DNA of 64,000 bases, taken from positions 858 through 64,857 of the forward strand of contig JAVBNU010000026.1 of assembly GCA_031551265.1 (NCBI GenBank), written 5' to 3'. Positions 1 through 9,456 of this stretch are shown in pieces (position 1 is the first letter of the stretch; each line of letters starts with the position of its first letter). A program made the position numbers and the translations under genes. The notes below the pieces were generated by a model that made no database searches, had not been told where the DNA came from, and was given only the letters and a program-made list of their open reading frames with translations. The DNA is from Candidatus Gastranaerophilaceae bacterium. Lineage in GTDB: Bacteria; Cyanobacteriota; Vampirovibrionia; Gastranaerophilales; Gastranaerophilaceae.

Positions 1-740
1 GGTTGTTTTTCTTTTACAACTTCTTTTTTATCGGCTGTCTCTGCGCCTTTAGAGCTTCTTTCTTTAATTGTTAAACAAGTCCAAAGCATACCAAGTGAAA
101 ACGCCAAAGCACCCATTACAAACTGAGATTCAATACTCATCTGGTAGTTAAACACTGCTCTCAAAAATGGTGCTGTACCGGCTGCAATAACCGAGCCTAA
201 GCCAATTGCAAAGCTAAAAAATGAATTGGCTATACCGTGCTGCTCTGGAGGCACAATATCCGGTACAAGCGCACGATAAGGACCTTGTGCAACGTTAACA
301 CAAGCATCAATAACCCAAATTAAAATCGCTGCAACAAAAAGAGCGGCTAATGTTGGCATTGAAATATTTAAAACACCGGCTATAACATTTGTTATACCCT
401 TAGCATGCGGCAATCCCCACAAAGCAACACTCGCAAGAAGTGCACCTATCAATAAATAAGGTCTTCTTCTACCAAATCTTGTATGAGTATTGTCACTCAT
501 AATGCCCACAATCGGTTGAACAACCATCCCCGTAAACGGTCCTGCAAGCCATATCAAGCCGAATAAAAACGGTGATGCACCCAAAGACTCTGTTACCGGG
601 CCTGATAAAATAATTCTCATTTGCCAGGCGAATTGTAGACCAAAAAAGCCTAGACAAAAATTTAAAAATTGATGTGTTTTAAACTTTTGCAAAATTGGTT
701 CTGCTGAAGCTGTTTCCTTTTCTTTCTGTGCTGTTGCCAT
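1..740 (-). CDS. GPH/MFS-type sugar (sucrose/SLC45-like) transporter; C-terminal part lies off the window
   Basis: Absent from the ORF track because it is open at the window edge. Reverse ATG at 738-740 follows an AAGGAGG RBS. My translation reads MATAQKEKETASAEPILQKF...GIMSDNTHTRFGRRRPYLLIGALLASVA. The D-x(4)-R-x-G-R-R-R-P loop motif and hydrophobic character fit GPH/sucrose-type carriers. Confidence 0.6.
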   Translation of the reverse strand, partial: MATAQKEKETASAEPILQKFKTHQFLNFCLGFFGLQFAWQMRIILSGPVTESLGASPFLFGLIWLAGPFTGMVVQPIVGIMSDNTHTRFGRRRPYLLIGALLASVALWGLPHAKGITNVIAGVLNISMPTLAALFVAAILIWVIDACVNVAQGPYRALVPDIVPPEQHGIANSFFSFAIGLGSVIAAGTAPFLRAVFNYQMSIESQFVMGALAFSLGMLWTCLTIKERSSKGAETADKKEVVKEKQ

Positions 741-769
741 TTTACCTCCTTGTCCTTTCTGTAACTTTT

Positions 770-1720
770 TTATACTCTATTAAATTTATCTTCTGTTATT
801 ATATAAGCGCCATTTTCCTCAACAGGCAAGGTTGTTATGTAAGAGCGAACATTTAAGCCGGACCATATATCTGACACTGTTTGTTTCATTTTATCTAGTT
901 TATCATCTTTTGCAATAACCATTATAGCAGGACCCGCACCACTAAGCACACATCCCAAAATATTTTCTTCGTATTTCAACGCATCCATAATTTCGGCAAA
1001 ACCGGGAACAAATTTTTGCCTGTATGGCTGGTGTAACTTATCTTGTAAAGCCATTTTCATTAATTCGGCATCCTGTGTATGAACAGCCTGAATAAACATC
1101 GCAACGCGTCTCAGGTTAAACTCAACGTCTTTTAATGGTATCTCTGTAGGAATAACGGAACGTGAAATATCGGTAGATAATTCATAATCCGGTATACAAA
1201 GAGTCAGTGTCCATTCCTCCGGCCATTGAAGTTTTCTGTAAATTATACTGTCATCAGCCTCTTGTGAAACAAGTACAAGCCCACCAAGAATCGCTGGTGC
1301 AATATTATCAGGATGTCCCTCTATTTCTGTTGCAATAGACAACAAAGCCGCCTCATCTGCCGGTGACCCCAAAAGTTCATTTGCTGCAATCAAACTGCCA
1401 ACAATAACAGATGCTGAACTTCCTAAGCCTCTTGCTATTGGGATATCTGCTTGAATAGTGATTTTCAATTCGCTGGGCGTCTGACCTATTGAATTATACA
1501 ACATTTCAATAGCTTTATACGCAATATTGTTATTATCTGTCGGTATTGAACGTGTTTCAATATCGTCTGTCTCTGAAAAAACATTAATTTCAATGCCTGA
1601 GTTCGGTATAACCGTTTCTTCTATTGTTATCGTGTTATAGATTGGCAGAGCCATTCCCAAACAATCAAAACCAGGACCTATATTTGCCGTTGTTGCCGGT
1701 ACTTTTACACAAATTTTCAT
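770..1720 (-). CDS. thrB: homoserine kinase
   Basis: 316 aa with a GHMP-kinase N-terminus (VPATTANIGPGFDCLG) and a GLGSSAS phosphate-binding motif. Confidence 0.9.
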   Translation of the reverse strand: MKICVKVPATTANIGPGFDCLGMALPIYNTITIEETVIPNSGIEINVFSETDDIETRSIPTDNNNIAYKAIEMLYNSIGQTPSELKITIQADIPIARGLGSSASVIVGSLIAANELLGSPADEAALLSIATEIEGHPDNIAPAILGGLVLVSQEADDSIIYRKLQWPEEWTLTLCIPDYELSTDISRSVIPTEIPLKDVEFNLRRVAMFIQAVHTQDAELMKMALQDKLHQPYRQKFVPGFAEIMDALKYEENILGCVLSGAGPAIMVIAKDDKLDKMKQTVSDIWSGLNVRSYITTLPVEENGAYIITEDKFNRV

Positions 1721-1730
1721 TTTTATTGAC

Positions 1731-2852
1731 CTACTTAATCTGTATTGGCATTATAAGACAAATATAATTTTCATCGCTATCCGGTTTGAAAAGTGACGCC
1801 GAAAGACTTCCATTCAAACCAATTTTTATTTTAGCGCTGTCCATAACTTTCAAACAGTCTATGATATAACGATAATTGAACGCAATCGACATTTCTTCAT
1901 CATCATATTCAACATCCAAAACATCTTCTGACATACCGGCTGACGGCGTATCTGCCGTTAAATAGAGTTTGTTTGCCGCCATTTTCATCTTAACTATATT
2001 CATTTTTTCGCTAACCATAATAGCAACTCGCTCCAGAGAATTAATTATTTCTTCTCTGTCAACTGTCAGCTGTTTGCTGCATGTTTTTGGGATAAGTTGT
2101 TTGTATGGAGGGTATTGACCTTCAAGAAGTCTTGAAAACAAGTAAACATCGCCTATTTTAAAAATAATTTGTGCTTTATCTAAATAAATGGCTATACTTT
2201 CGCCACCAACCATTGAATAGATTCTTTGAACTTCCTGCAATGTTTTAGCCGGGATAACAACAGATGTTTCTCCATCAATTTTGCTTTTTACCGGTTCAAT
2301 ACATTGGGCCAGTCTGTTGCCGTCTGTTGCTGCCATTTCAAGCTCTTTATCAGAAATAGCGCAATAAACACCGCTTATAATATTTTTTGTTTCGAAATTA
2401 GCAGCTGCGAAAGATGTTTTCTTAATCGATTGCACAAATGGTTTCGCGTCAATTTGAATTTCACTGTAGCTGGCAAAATCCTCTTTTTCTGTTGATTTAG
2501 CAGGAAACTCATCGGCTGAAATTCCGAAAACATCAAACATCGCATTACCACAAGTTATTTTAACCATTTGATTCTCAGGGTTCAAATTAAACTCAACCGG
2601 TTTATCAGGAATTTTAGAAGCGATTTCTACAAGAGTTCTCGCAGGGAGTGTTATTTTACCGGCTTCTTTGACCTGCGCAACTCCGAATGATACAATTGTT
2701 ATGTCTAAATCTGTTGCTGTGAATTTTATTTTATTATTTTCTGCTTCAATCAAAATATTTGACAAAACCGGCTGAATAGCCTTGCCTACCGTAGCTTTTT
2801 CTACAAGTCTCAAACTATTTAAAAAATCATCTTTTTCTATAAGAAAATTCAT
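1731..2852 (-). CDS. dnaN: DNA polymerase III beta sliding clamp
   Basis: 373 aa. The N-terminus (LRLVEKATVGKAIQPVLSNILIEAENNKIKFTATDLDI) and typical length match beta clamps. Confidence 0.9.
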   Translation of the reverse strand: MNFLIEKDDFLNSLRLVEKATVGKAIQPVLSNILIEAENNKIKFTATDLDITIVSFGVAQVKEAGKITLPARTLVEIASKIPDKPVEFNLNPENQMVKITCGNAMFDVFGISADEFPAKSTEKEDFASYSEIQIDAKPFVQSIKKTSFAAANFETKNIISGVYCAISDKELEMAATDGNRLAQCIEPVKSKIDGETSVVIPAKTLQEVQRIYSMVGGESIAIYLDKAQIIFKIGDVYLFSRLLEGQYPPYKQLIPKTCSKQLTVDREEIINSLERVAIMVSEKMNIVKMKMAANKLYLTADTPSAGMSEDVLDVEYDDEEMSIAFNYRYIIDCLKVMDSAKIKIGLNGSLSASLFKPDSDENYICLIMPIQIK

Positions 2853-3168
2853 TGCTTAATTGCCTCTCTATTCTTTATTATATATATATAATAATATATA
2901 AAAATAATAATAGTAATAAAGCAAGAAAAATCTGTACAAAACTCAACAAAAGTTTATGGTTATTTGATTTGGTCTGTTCAAAAGTTGTCTAAAACGTGTA
3001 GAGAATTTGTTCAAAAAATGTTTATAAAAATTAATTTTGAACTTTTAGCCACAAAATTAAAACTTTTCTACAAGTTTTGAACACGTTTTCTACATTTTCG
3101 GAAAATCGTCTTTTTATAAATAGAGCATGGAAGCATGCTCTATAGTTGATTATTAACTAATTCAATTA
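2853..3168. other. candidate chromosomal replication origin (AT-rich tract plus DnaA-box-like 9-mers)
   Basis: A nearly pure A/T run lies at about 2875-2920. TTTTCTACA occurs at 3064-3072 and 3086-3094, TTAGCCACA at 3045-3053, and TTCTCTACA on the minus strand at 2997-3005. The region is directly upstream of dnaN, and genes diverge from it (minus strand to the left, plus strand from 3.8 to 11.6 kb). Confidence 0.4.
3121..3142 (-). terminator. hairpin downstream of the 93-aa ORF
   Basis: TAGAGCATG-GAAG-CATGCTCTA forms a perfect 9-bp stem. On the minus strand it is followed by the T/A-rich TTTATAAAAA. Confidence 0.4.
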
Positions 3169-3450
3169 TTAATTATTGTCAAGGTGTTTTTTTCGAGCAT
3201 CATCCAAATGTTCAAAACCCAAAATATAGTGATAAAGTGATTGGACTAAATTCCTTCCGGTTTCGCCTTTGCCTATTAAGCAATAATCGCCCCTTACATT
3301 TTTTCCGAGGAAAATCTCAGCCTGAATAACTTTATCCTCGTGACAAATAGCCGGATTTTCAATCCTTTCTTTTATCCAGCTAAAAAGACACTGCAAAGTC
3401 GGCTTCTTATCTTCTGTTTTTATATATTCTGAAAAATACTGTAAAATCAT
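3169..3450 (-). CDS. hypothetical protein (93 aa)
   Basis: ORF from the track lying between the dnaN upstream region and a repeat. I recognise no motif. Confidence 0.45.
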   Translation of the reverse strand: MILQYFSEYIKTEDKKPTLQCLFSWIKERIENPAICHEDKVIQAEIFLGKNVRGDYCLIGKGETGRNLVQSLYHYILGFEHLDDARKKHLDNN

Positions 3451-3495
3451 ACTTTTATTTTAGCTTAAAATATTTGAGACAACAAAATATAATTT

Positions 3496-3578
3496 GTCAT
3501 TGCAAGAAGCCGCTTGCGGCGACGCGGCAATCCAGAGATTAGTGTGAGTCTTACGCGTCAAAATCCTGTCATTCGCAA
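3496..3578 (+). repeat. GTC-AT hairpin repeat units
   Basis: GTCATTGCAAGAAGCCGCTTGCGGCGACGCGGCAATCC spans 3496-3533, with an inner GCCG-CTTG-CGGC hairpin. A second GTCATTCGCAA start lies at 3568. Confidence 0.6.
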
Positions 3579-3827
3579 CATATTTGTTGGGAAATTTGCA
3601 AGGACGTTTGTTTGCGGAATCTACAATCTGGGAGCATAAGACACGCTCCACTTTTTGTCACCGAATTACTTAACCTATACAAGTATGACGTGAAAATTTG
3701 TGTATTGTTTTTATTCTACAAATTAAGGCATATCATTTCGAGAAAGACTGACCATTAGATTAATCTTTTTTAACCCTAAGGTCGATATATTTTGTTTGAA
3801 AACTAACTAAGATTAAATTACAGAGAG

Positions 3828-4625
3828 ATGAACAACAGAGAAGGATTTATCGTGCCTATCATATACAATAACGGGGATTGTAATATCGAGCGGTTTTTGC
3901 ATCGGATTGATAACAAAAAAAGCAAAGCCGATAAGCTGTACATTCGCGGTAAAGCACAATTTATACAAAAAATGTTTCATGAAGCAGTAAAATCCTACCT
4001 TGCAGCTATTATGCTTGAGCGAAATAATATTCCTGTATACATTGATTTAGCCTTGGCATACCGCGAATTGGAAGATTTTGATAAAGCCATTGATATTCTT
4101 GAACGTGCAAAATTAATCGATGAATTCAATCCTAAAATTTATTTTGAATTAGGTATTTCGTACAGTTGTATGGATATTCAGTCTTTGGCAATTGAAAATC
4201 TCCAAAAATCTCTTGAACTCGACAAAAGCGACCCTTCAGCCCAATTACAGCTTGCAATAGCTCACGAATTGGCAGAAGAATACGAAATGGCGCTTTTAAT
4301 TTATGATGTGATTATTCAAAAAGAGCCTTCTTTTATACCAAGCTACCAGCACAAAGCCGCGCTATTGATTGATTTAGGTGAATATCAAGACGCTGCTGCT
4401 ACCTTCAAAAATATTGTCAAAATCAACCCAGATTATTATAAAGCTTATTTAGGCATAGCAATTTGTTTCGACAATTTACGTATGTACAACGATGCCATTC
4501 GTTATTATCGCAAATTCATCGAGAAAAAACCCAACTCAAAAACCGCGCCGGATGTACAATCAAGAATACAAAAAATCAAAAAATTACCTAAAAATAATTT
4601 GACCCCGCAATTAACTTTGTGCTAG
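3828..4625 (+). CDS. tetratricopeptide-repeat protein
   Basis: 265 aa with repeated A-x-x-x-Y/F...A...P TPR-like 34-residue units (for example AIDILERAKLIDEFNPKIYFELG and AIRYYRKFIEKKPN). Confidence 0.75.
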   Translation: MNNREGFIVPIIYNNGDCNIERFLHRIDNKKSKADKLYIRGKAQFIQKMFHEAVKSYLAAIMLERNNIPVYIDLALAYRELEDFDKAIDILERAKLIDEFNPKIYFELGISYSCMDIQSLAIENLQKSLELDKSDPSAQLQLAIAHELAEEYEMALLIYDVIIQKEPSFIPSYQHKAALLIDLGEYQDAAATFKNIVKINPDYYKAYLGIAICFDNLRMYNDAIRYYRKFIEKKPNSKTAPDVQSRIQKIKKLPKNNLTPQLTLC

Positions 4626-4658
4626 TTTAGTTTCATTAGCGAAAACAGAGAATTTTTT

Positions 4659-5606
4659 ATGACAGAAAAACTCGACATCATAACTATCGGTGAAAGCTTA
4701 GTAGAATTATCCTCGGATAAAAGTCTTTTGCATGCTGAACAGTTAGATAAATTCTACGGAGGCGACACTCTTTGTACTGCAATCGCTGCATCAAAACTAG
4801 GCGCGCAAGTCGGATATATTTGCCGCGTCGGAAATGATAGTTTTAGAGAATATTTAATGGATAGCTGGCAACATGCCGGCCTTGATATATCTCAAGTAAA
4901 ACTTATTGAAGGCACTAACGGACTTTACGTCATAGCACGCTCTGAAGAAGACGGCACAAGAGAATTTGCATACTACCGCAAAAAAACAGCCGGATGCAGT
5001 CTCAACAGAGATGATATTTCAGAAGAATACCTAAAACAAGGCAAAATTTTTTATACAACAGGCATAGTACAAGGTCTTTCACTCTGCGCAAAAGACGCCG
5101 TTAAAAAAGCTTATATGCTCTCTAAACAAAACGGACTTATTACAGCATACAGACCAAACTATGTACCAAAATTACATACTATTGAAGATGCTAAAGAAAA
5201 TTTTTACGATATTGCTGAATATTTAGATATTTTATTTTTAAGTATAAAACATGATGCCAGAAAAATATTTGAAATGGAGTCTATGGACACTTTAATTAAG
5301 TATTTTTGGGATTTAGGAATATCAACAGTCATTGCAAAAGTTGCAGACGATAACGGCTACTACACCGGCTATAACGGCGATGTTCAGTTTACTAAATTTT
5401 TTACAGATAAGATTGTAGACACAACATGTTCAGGTGATGCATTCAGTGGCGCATATTTACATGGTATTAATACAGGTCTGAGCCCGATGGAAGCCACAAA
5501 ACTGGCATCAATAGTGGAAGGTTTGCAATCACAAAAAATAGGCGCAATTAAGTCTTTACCTTCGAAATCAGAAGTATATTCAATCTATAAAGGTTGTCAT
5601 GAGTAA
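4659..5606 (+). CDS. PfkB-family carbohydrate kinase (KdgK/fructokinase-like)
   Basis: 315 aa. N-terminal DIITIGESLVEL and C-terminal DTTCSGDAFSGAYL (the PfkB DTxGAGD signature). Confidence 0.8.
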   Translation: MTEKLDIITIGESLVELSSDKSLLHAEQLDKFYGGDTLCTAIAASKLGAQVGYICRVGNDSFREYLMDSWQHAGLDISQVKLIEGTNGLYVIARSEEDGTREFAYYRKKTAGCSLNRDDISEEYLKQGKIFYTTGIVQGLSLCAKDAVKKAYMLSKQNGLITAYRPNYVPKLHTIEDAKENFYDIAEYLDILFLSIKHDARKIFEMESMDTLIKYFWDLGISTVIAKVADDNGYYTGYNGDVQFTKFFTDKIVDTTCSGDAFSGAYLHGINTGLSPMEATKLASIVEGLQSQKIGAIKSLPSKSEVYSIYKGCHE

Positions 5607-6603
5607 GAAAGTCGTTATTTCCGGCTATTACGGGTTTGATAATTTCGGTGATGAGGCGATATTACACGTTCTTTTAGAAAATTTGAAAAAAGAAAAACAC
5701 GATATAACCGTATTATCAAAAAATCCCGAAAAAACTGCCGAGAAATACAACATTAAAGCAAAACAAACATTTTCGCTGTGGCAAGTTTTTGCATCTGTTT
5801 TTAAAAGTGATGTCTTGATTAGCGGTGGCGGCAGCCTTCTACAGGATGTGACAAGTACAAAAAGCTTGATTTACTACCTTTTTGTAATTAAATTAGCACA
5901 ATTTTTCAGAAAAAAAGTCATTATATTCGCACAAGGCATCGGGCCCGTTAACAATAAATTTTTGCAGTGGCAGACAAAAAGAACCCTGAAAAAATGTAGC
6001 TACATTACCGTTAGAGACGATAAAAGCCTATTTTTATTGCGTGGGTGGGGATTAAAGCCTGTTTTGGTCAACGATCCTGTTTGGGCGATTACAATGCCCC
6101 AAAATTTACCCGAAAACAAAATCGGCATGCAATTACGCGACTGGAAAACCCTATCAGATGACTTTTTAAAAGAATTGGCAAAACAAATCAACATTAATTA
6201 CTCAGGCAAAGAGATTTGTTTATTTTCATTTCAAAATGATACCGATGTTCCTGTTTGTGAAAAATTTAAGGCAATTCTGCTTGAAATGAATCCGTTAATG
6301 AAAATTTCAATAATTGAAAACCATTCGCTAAGCGAAATATTAAACGAAATATCAAAACTTGAAGCACTTATTGCAATGCGCTTTCACGCTGTTCTGCCGG
6401 GAATCAAAGCCGGAATTAGAACTTTGGCAATCAGCTATGATATTAAAGTCCGGAATTTGGCTGCAGAAGCTGACATTCCATGTGTGATTTTGAACGAAAA
6501 TGACAAAATTAAATATTTTATGGAACAACTAAAAACTACAATACCAAGAAAACTGGACAAAGATTTTGATTTTACTGAGATAAATAAGGTAATTGAAGAT
6601 TAA
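5599..6603 (+). CDS. csaB: polysaccharide pyruvyl transferase CsaB
   Basis: 334 aa. The N-terminus VVISGYYGFDNFGDEAILHVLLENL is characteristic of CsaB. It overlaps the preceding gene by 8 nt. Confidence 0.7.
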   Translation: MSKKVVISGYYGFDNFGDEAILHVLLENLKKEKHDITVLSKNPEKTAEKYNIKAKQTFSLWQVFASVFKSDVLISGGGSLLQDVTSTKSLIYYLFVIKLAQFFRKKVIIFAQGIGPVNNKFLQWQTKRTLKKCSYITVRDDKSLFLLRGWGLKPVLVNDPVWAITMPQNLPENKIGMQLRDWKTLSDDFLKELAKQININYSGKEICLFSFQNDTDVPVCEKFKAILLEMNPLMKISIIENHSLSEILNEISKLEALIAMRFHAVLPGIKAGIRTLAISYDIKVRNLAAEADIPCVILNENDKIKYFMEQLKTTIPRKLDKDFDFTEINKVIED

Positions 6604-6660
6604 TTTGGACAAGCAGGAACTTATTTTATAACTATTTTACAAAAGTCATTTTACTATCAC

Positions 6661-6757
6661 GTCATGCCGTGCTTGACACGGCATCTATCCAGTAAACAAC
6701 GATACCGCCTATCCTGAAAGATACCGGATATTTTGCTGTGCAAAATTCCGGTATGAC
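6661..6757. repeat. MITE-like pair of inverted GTC-AT hairpin units
   Basis: GTC-ATGCCGTG-CTTGA-CACGGCAT-C lies at 6661-6685. The inverted unit at 6720-6757 reads, reverse-complemented, GTC-ATACCGGA-(nested hairpin)-TCCGGTAT-C. Confidence 0.6.
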
Positions 6758-6887
6758 AGAAATTTAATGTTATTACACAAAAATTGTTTTAACTAATTTC
6801 ACTCAAACTTTTACATAATCTTAATTTGTAATTTGAGAAATAGTATAATAAAATGTACTCATAAATTACAAATAAACACGAGGTCTT

Positions 6888-8732
6888 ATGTGCGGAATAG
6901 TAGGATATACAGGAAAAAACAATATAGTTGAAATTTTGTTATCTGGATTGAGCAAATTAGAATACAGAGGCTACGACTCAGCAGGTGTTGCAGTAAACAC
7001 CGAAAGAGGAATGAAAGTCTATAAAGCGCCCGGGAAATTGCAAAATTTAAAAGATATTTTAAAAAAAGAAACAATTTCAGACGCCACGGCCGGAATAGGA
7101 CACATTCGCTGGGCAACTCACGGTATACCTAATGAAATCAACGCACACCCGCATACTTGTACCTGCGGCGGGCTTGTTTTAGTTCACAATGGCATTATTG
7201 AGAATTTTAAGGAATTAAAAGAATATTTAACCTCAAAAGGATGTTCTTTCAAATCACAAACCGACACAGAAACGATTGCTCATTTGATTGCGCTTGAATA
7301 TGAAAAATATAAATCGCTACCAACAGCTGTTACAGCTGCTTTGAGACAACTTCAAGGCGCTTATGCTCTTTGTATTATGCACAAAGATGAACCTGATTTA
7401 ATTGTTGCAGCACGTAAAAACGCTCCTTTATTAATCGGTTTGGGCAGAAATGAAAATTTCATCGCCAGTGACGCTACAGCAATTCTTGAATATACAAAAG
7501 AAGCTATTTATCTGAATGATGGTGAAGTTGCAATTGTAACATCTTCAAATATTCTGGTTACTGATTTGAATAACCAGCCGATTGTAAAAAAAGTTGAGCT
7601 TTTGCCCTGGGAGCCTACAGCTTTGAGCAAAATGGGCTATAAACATTTCATGTTGAAAGAAATAAACGAACAGCCTGATGTTATTAGAAATGTTCTTTTT
7701 GATAAATTTAAAAATATCGAGTCACCAATTGAATTGAATGAAGTTACTTTGAATAAAGAAACTTTGAAAAATTTGAAACGTATTGAAATCATCGCTTGCG
7801 GTACGTCATTACACGCTGCTATGGTTGGAAAACATATTATAGAAGACTTTACAGGTATTCCTGTTGATGTTGACGCATCAAGTGAATATATTTATCGCAA
7901 AACTGTTACCGGCAAAAACGATTTGGTAATAGGTGTTTCACAGTCAGGTGAAACAGCTGATACCATCACTGCGATTAAACAAGCCAAAGAAAAAGGCGCA
8001 CATATTTTAATTATGACTAACCGCCCTGACTCTAATATGGCAAGAATGTCAGATAGCTTAATCCCTATTAATGCGGGGATAGAGGTTAGTGTTGCAGCAA
8101 CAAAATCTTATATAGCTCAGCTGATTTCCTTTTATTTGCTCGCAATTTATCTTGCTGAGGTGAAAGGTTCTCTTAGCGCAGAATATTTAACAAAATTAAA
8201 ACAAGAAATTGTACAATTACCTCCAAAAATTGAACAGATTTTACTAAAAGAAAACCAGAAAAGCATCATTGATTGTGCGAAAACTTTTGCGAATATGAAA
8301 AATTTCATATACATTGCAAGAGGCATCAACTACGCAACTGCCCTCGAGGGTGCACTCAAACTAAAAGAAATCAGCTATATCAACGCAACAGGATATTGTG
8401 CCGGTGAGTTGAAACACGGCCCGATTGCGATGCTGGATGAACAAATGCCTGTTTTGGCAATTTTAATGCCGGGTGTTGTGTACGAAAAAATTCTATCTAA
8501 CGCACAAGAAGCAAAAGCACGTAACGCAAGGCTAATCGCTGTTACGTCCTCTGATGATAAAGAGTTGGATGAGCTATTTGAGTTTGTACTTAAAGTTCAA
8601 GAAGTACCTGAAATACTTTCGCCAATTATAACAGCAGTTGTATTGCAGCTCATCGCATATTATATTGCAGAATTTTTAGGTAAAGATGTTGACCAGCCGC
8701 GTAATCTTGCTAAATCTGTTACGGTTGAATAA
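6888..8732 (+). CDS. glmS: glutamine--fructose-6-phosphate aminotransferase
   Basis: 614 aa. It has the MCGIVGY Ntn-amidotransferase start, SIS-domain motifs (GVSQSGETADT) and a C-terminal KSVTVE. Confidence 0.95.
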   Translation: MCGIVGYTGKNNIVEILLSGLSKLEYRGYDSAGVAVNTERGMKVYKAPGKLQNLKDILKKETISDATAGIGHIRWATHGIPNEINAHPHTCTCGGLVLVHNGIIENFKELKEYLTSKGCSFKSQTDTETIAHLIALEYEKYKSLPTAVTAALRQLQGAYALCIMHKDEPDLIVAARKNAPLLIGLGRNENFIASDATAILEYTKEAIYLNDGEVAIVTSSNILVTDLNNQPIVKKVELLPWEPTALSKMGYKHFMLKEINEQPDVIRNVLFDKFKNIESPIELNEVTLNKETLKNLKRIEIIACGTSLHAAMVGKHIIEDFTGIPVDVDASSEYIYRKTVTGKNDLVIGVSQSGETADTITAIKQAKEKGAHILIMTNRPDSNMARMSDSLIPINAGIEVSVAATKSYIAQLISFYLLAIYLAEVKGSLSAEYLTKLKQEIVQLPPKIEQILLKENQKSIIDCAKTFANMKNFIYIARGINYATALEGALKLKEISYINATGYCAGELKHGPIAMLDEQMPVLAILMPGVVYEKILSNAQEAKARNARLIAVTSSDDKELDELFEFVLKVQEVPEILSPIITAVVLQLIAYYIAEFLGKDVDQPRNLAKSVTVE

Positions 8733-8739
8733 TTTAAAG

Positions 8740-8907
8740 ATGAGCAAAATTATTAACAAAAAAATCGAAATCGAAAAAATTTCAGATTTATCAAATGATT
8801 ATATTGAAAAAAAATTTCAAGAAATGAGTCTTGACGTTGTACGCTGGGCAATCGTCAAAGCAGAAAACAATCTGTTAACAATAAGTGCTTCTGTCATTGA
8901 AAAATAA
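8740..8907 (+). CDS. small hypothetical protein (55 aa)
   Basis: This is the track ORF 8686..8907 trimmed to the internal ATG at 8740, just after the glmS stop. Sequence: MSKIINKKIEIEKISDL... Confidence 0.35.
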   Translation: MSKIINKKIEIEKISDLSNDYIEKKFQEMSLDVVRWAIVKAENNLLTISASVIEK

Positions 8908-8944
8908 TTAAATTTTTTATTTTCCAATAATACAAAGCCTGCAT

Positions 8945-9116
8945 GTCATACCGCAGCGCTAAGCGCAGAATGCATATTAAAGCGTTTATGTGCGGTATCT
9001 TTTCAAATAACAAAAGAAGCCTAATTTTAACTGAGGAAAGCAAAATGCTATGCTGGAAAGACCCCGCACACAAACGCTTAGTATAACAATTTTACAATTA
9101 AACGCTGCGGGGTGAC
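8945..9116. repeat. MITE-like element with GTCA(T/C)(A/C)CCGCAGCG terminal inverted repeats
   Basis: The left end reads GTCATACCGCAGCGCT, and the right end reverse-complemented reads GTCACCCCGCAGCGTT. Each end is itself a hairpin (ATACCGCA/TGCGGTAT and ACCCCGCA/TGCGGGGT). Confidence 0.6.
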
Positions 9117-9162
9117 CCGTAAATTGATCCGTTATTGATTCAATAAATGTAGAAAAATAAAC

Positions 9163-9185
9163 AAAAAAAATGCCGTCGCCGGCAT
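9163..9185 (-). terminator. intrinsic-terminator-like hairpin oriented on the minus strand
   Basis: The minus strand reads ATGCCG-GCGA-CGGCAT followed by about 7 T. No minus-strand CDS lies upstream of it. Confidence 0.4.
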
Positions 9186-9456
9186 GAAAGTTTGTTATGG
9201 AGAAGGAGTAGAGGAGAAAAGTTTGAGAATTGATTACATGATATATATTCCACGTTTGATATATATTTAATATCTTTTGTATATCATTTTTTACAATTCT
9301 TTACACTCTTCGTGATATACGGTTAAGATTTGTTACAAATAGTCCTCCCGCATGACAACTATTTTTGTTTACGGTATTTGTAGAGGTATAGATAAGAGTC
9401 CATCGCTTTTATGTATCCAAGTGTGTTAAATAGTTAAAGACAGGAAGAAGTATCGT

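Noticed and set aside
3460-3651. 63-aa ORF upstream of the TPR gene.
   Set aside because: It spans the GTC-AT hairpin repeat units (3496-3578), and its translation is dictated by the palindromes. It is most likely non-coding.
6604-6887. Possible glmS ribozyme in the glmS leader.
   Set aside because: I could not find the conserved glmS ribozyme core. The spacer is occupied by the MITE-like hairpin pair and AT-rich promoter-like sequence.
8686-8739. The upstream part of track ORF 8686..8907, which overlaps the glmS 3' end.
   Set aside because: The N-terminal 18 codons lie inside glmS in another frame. The internal ATG at 8740, just after the glmS stop, is the only plausible start, and even that gene is low confidence.
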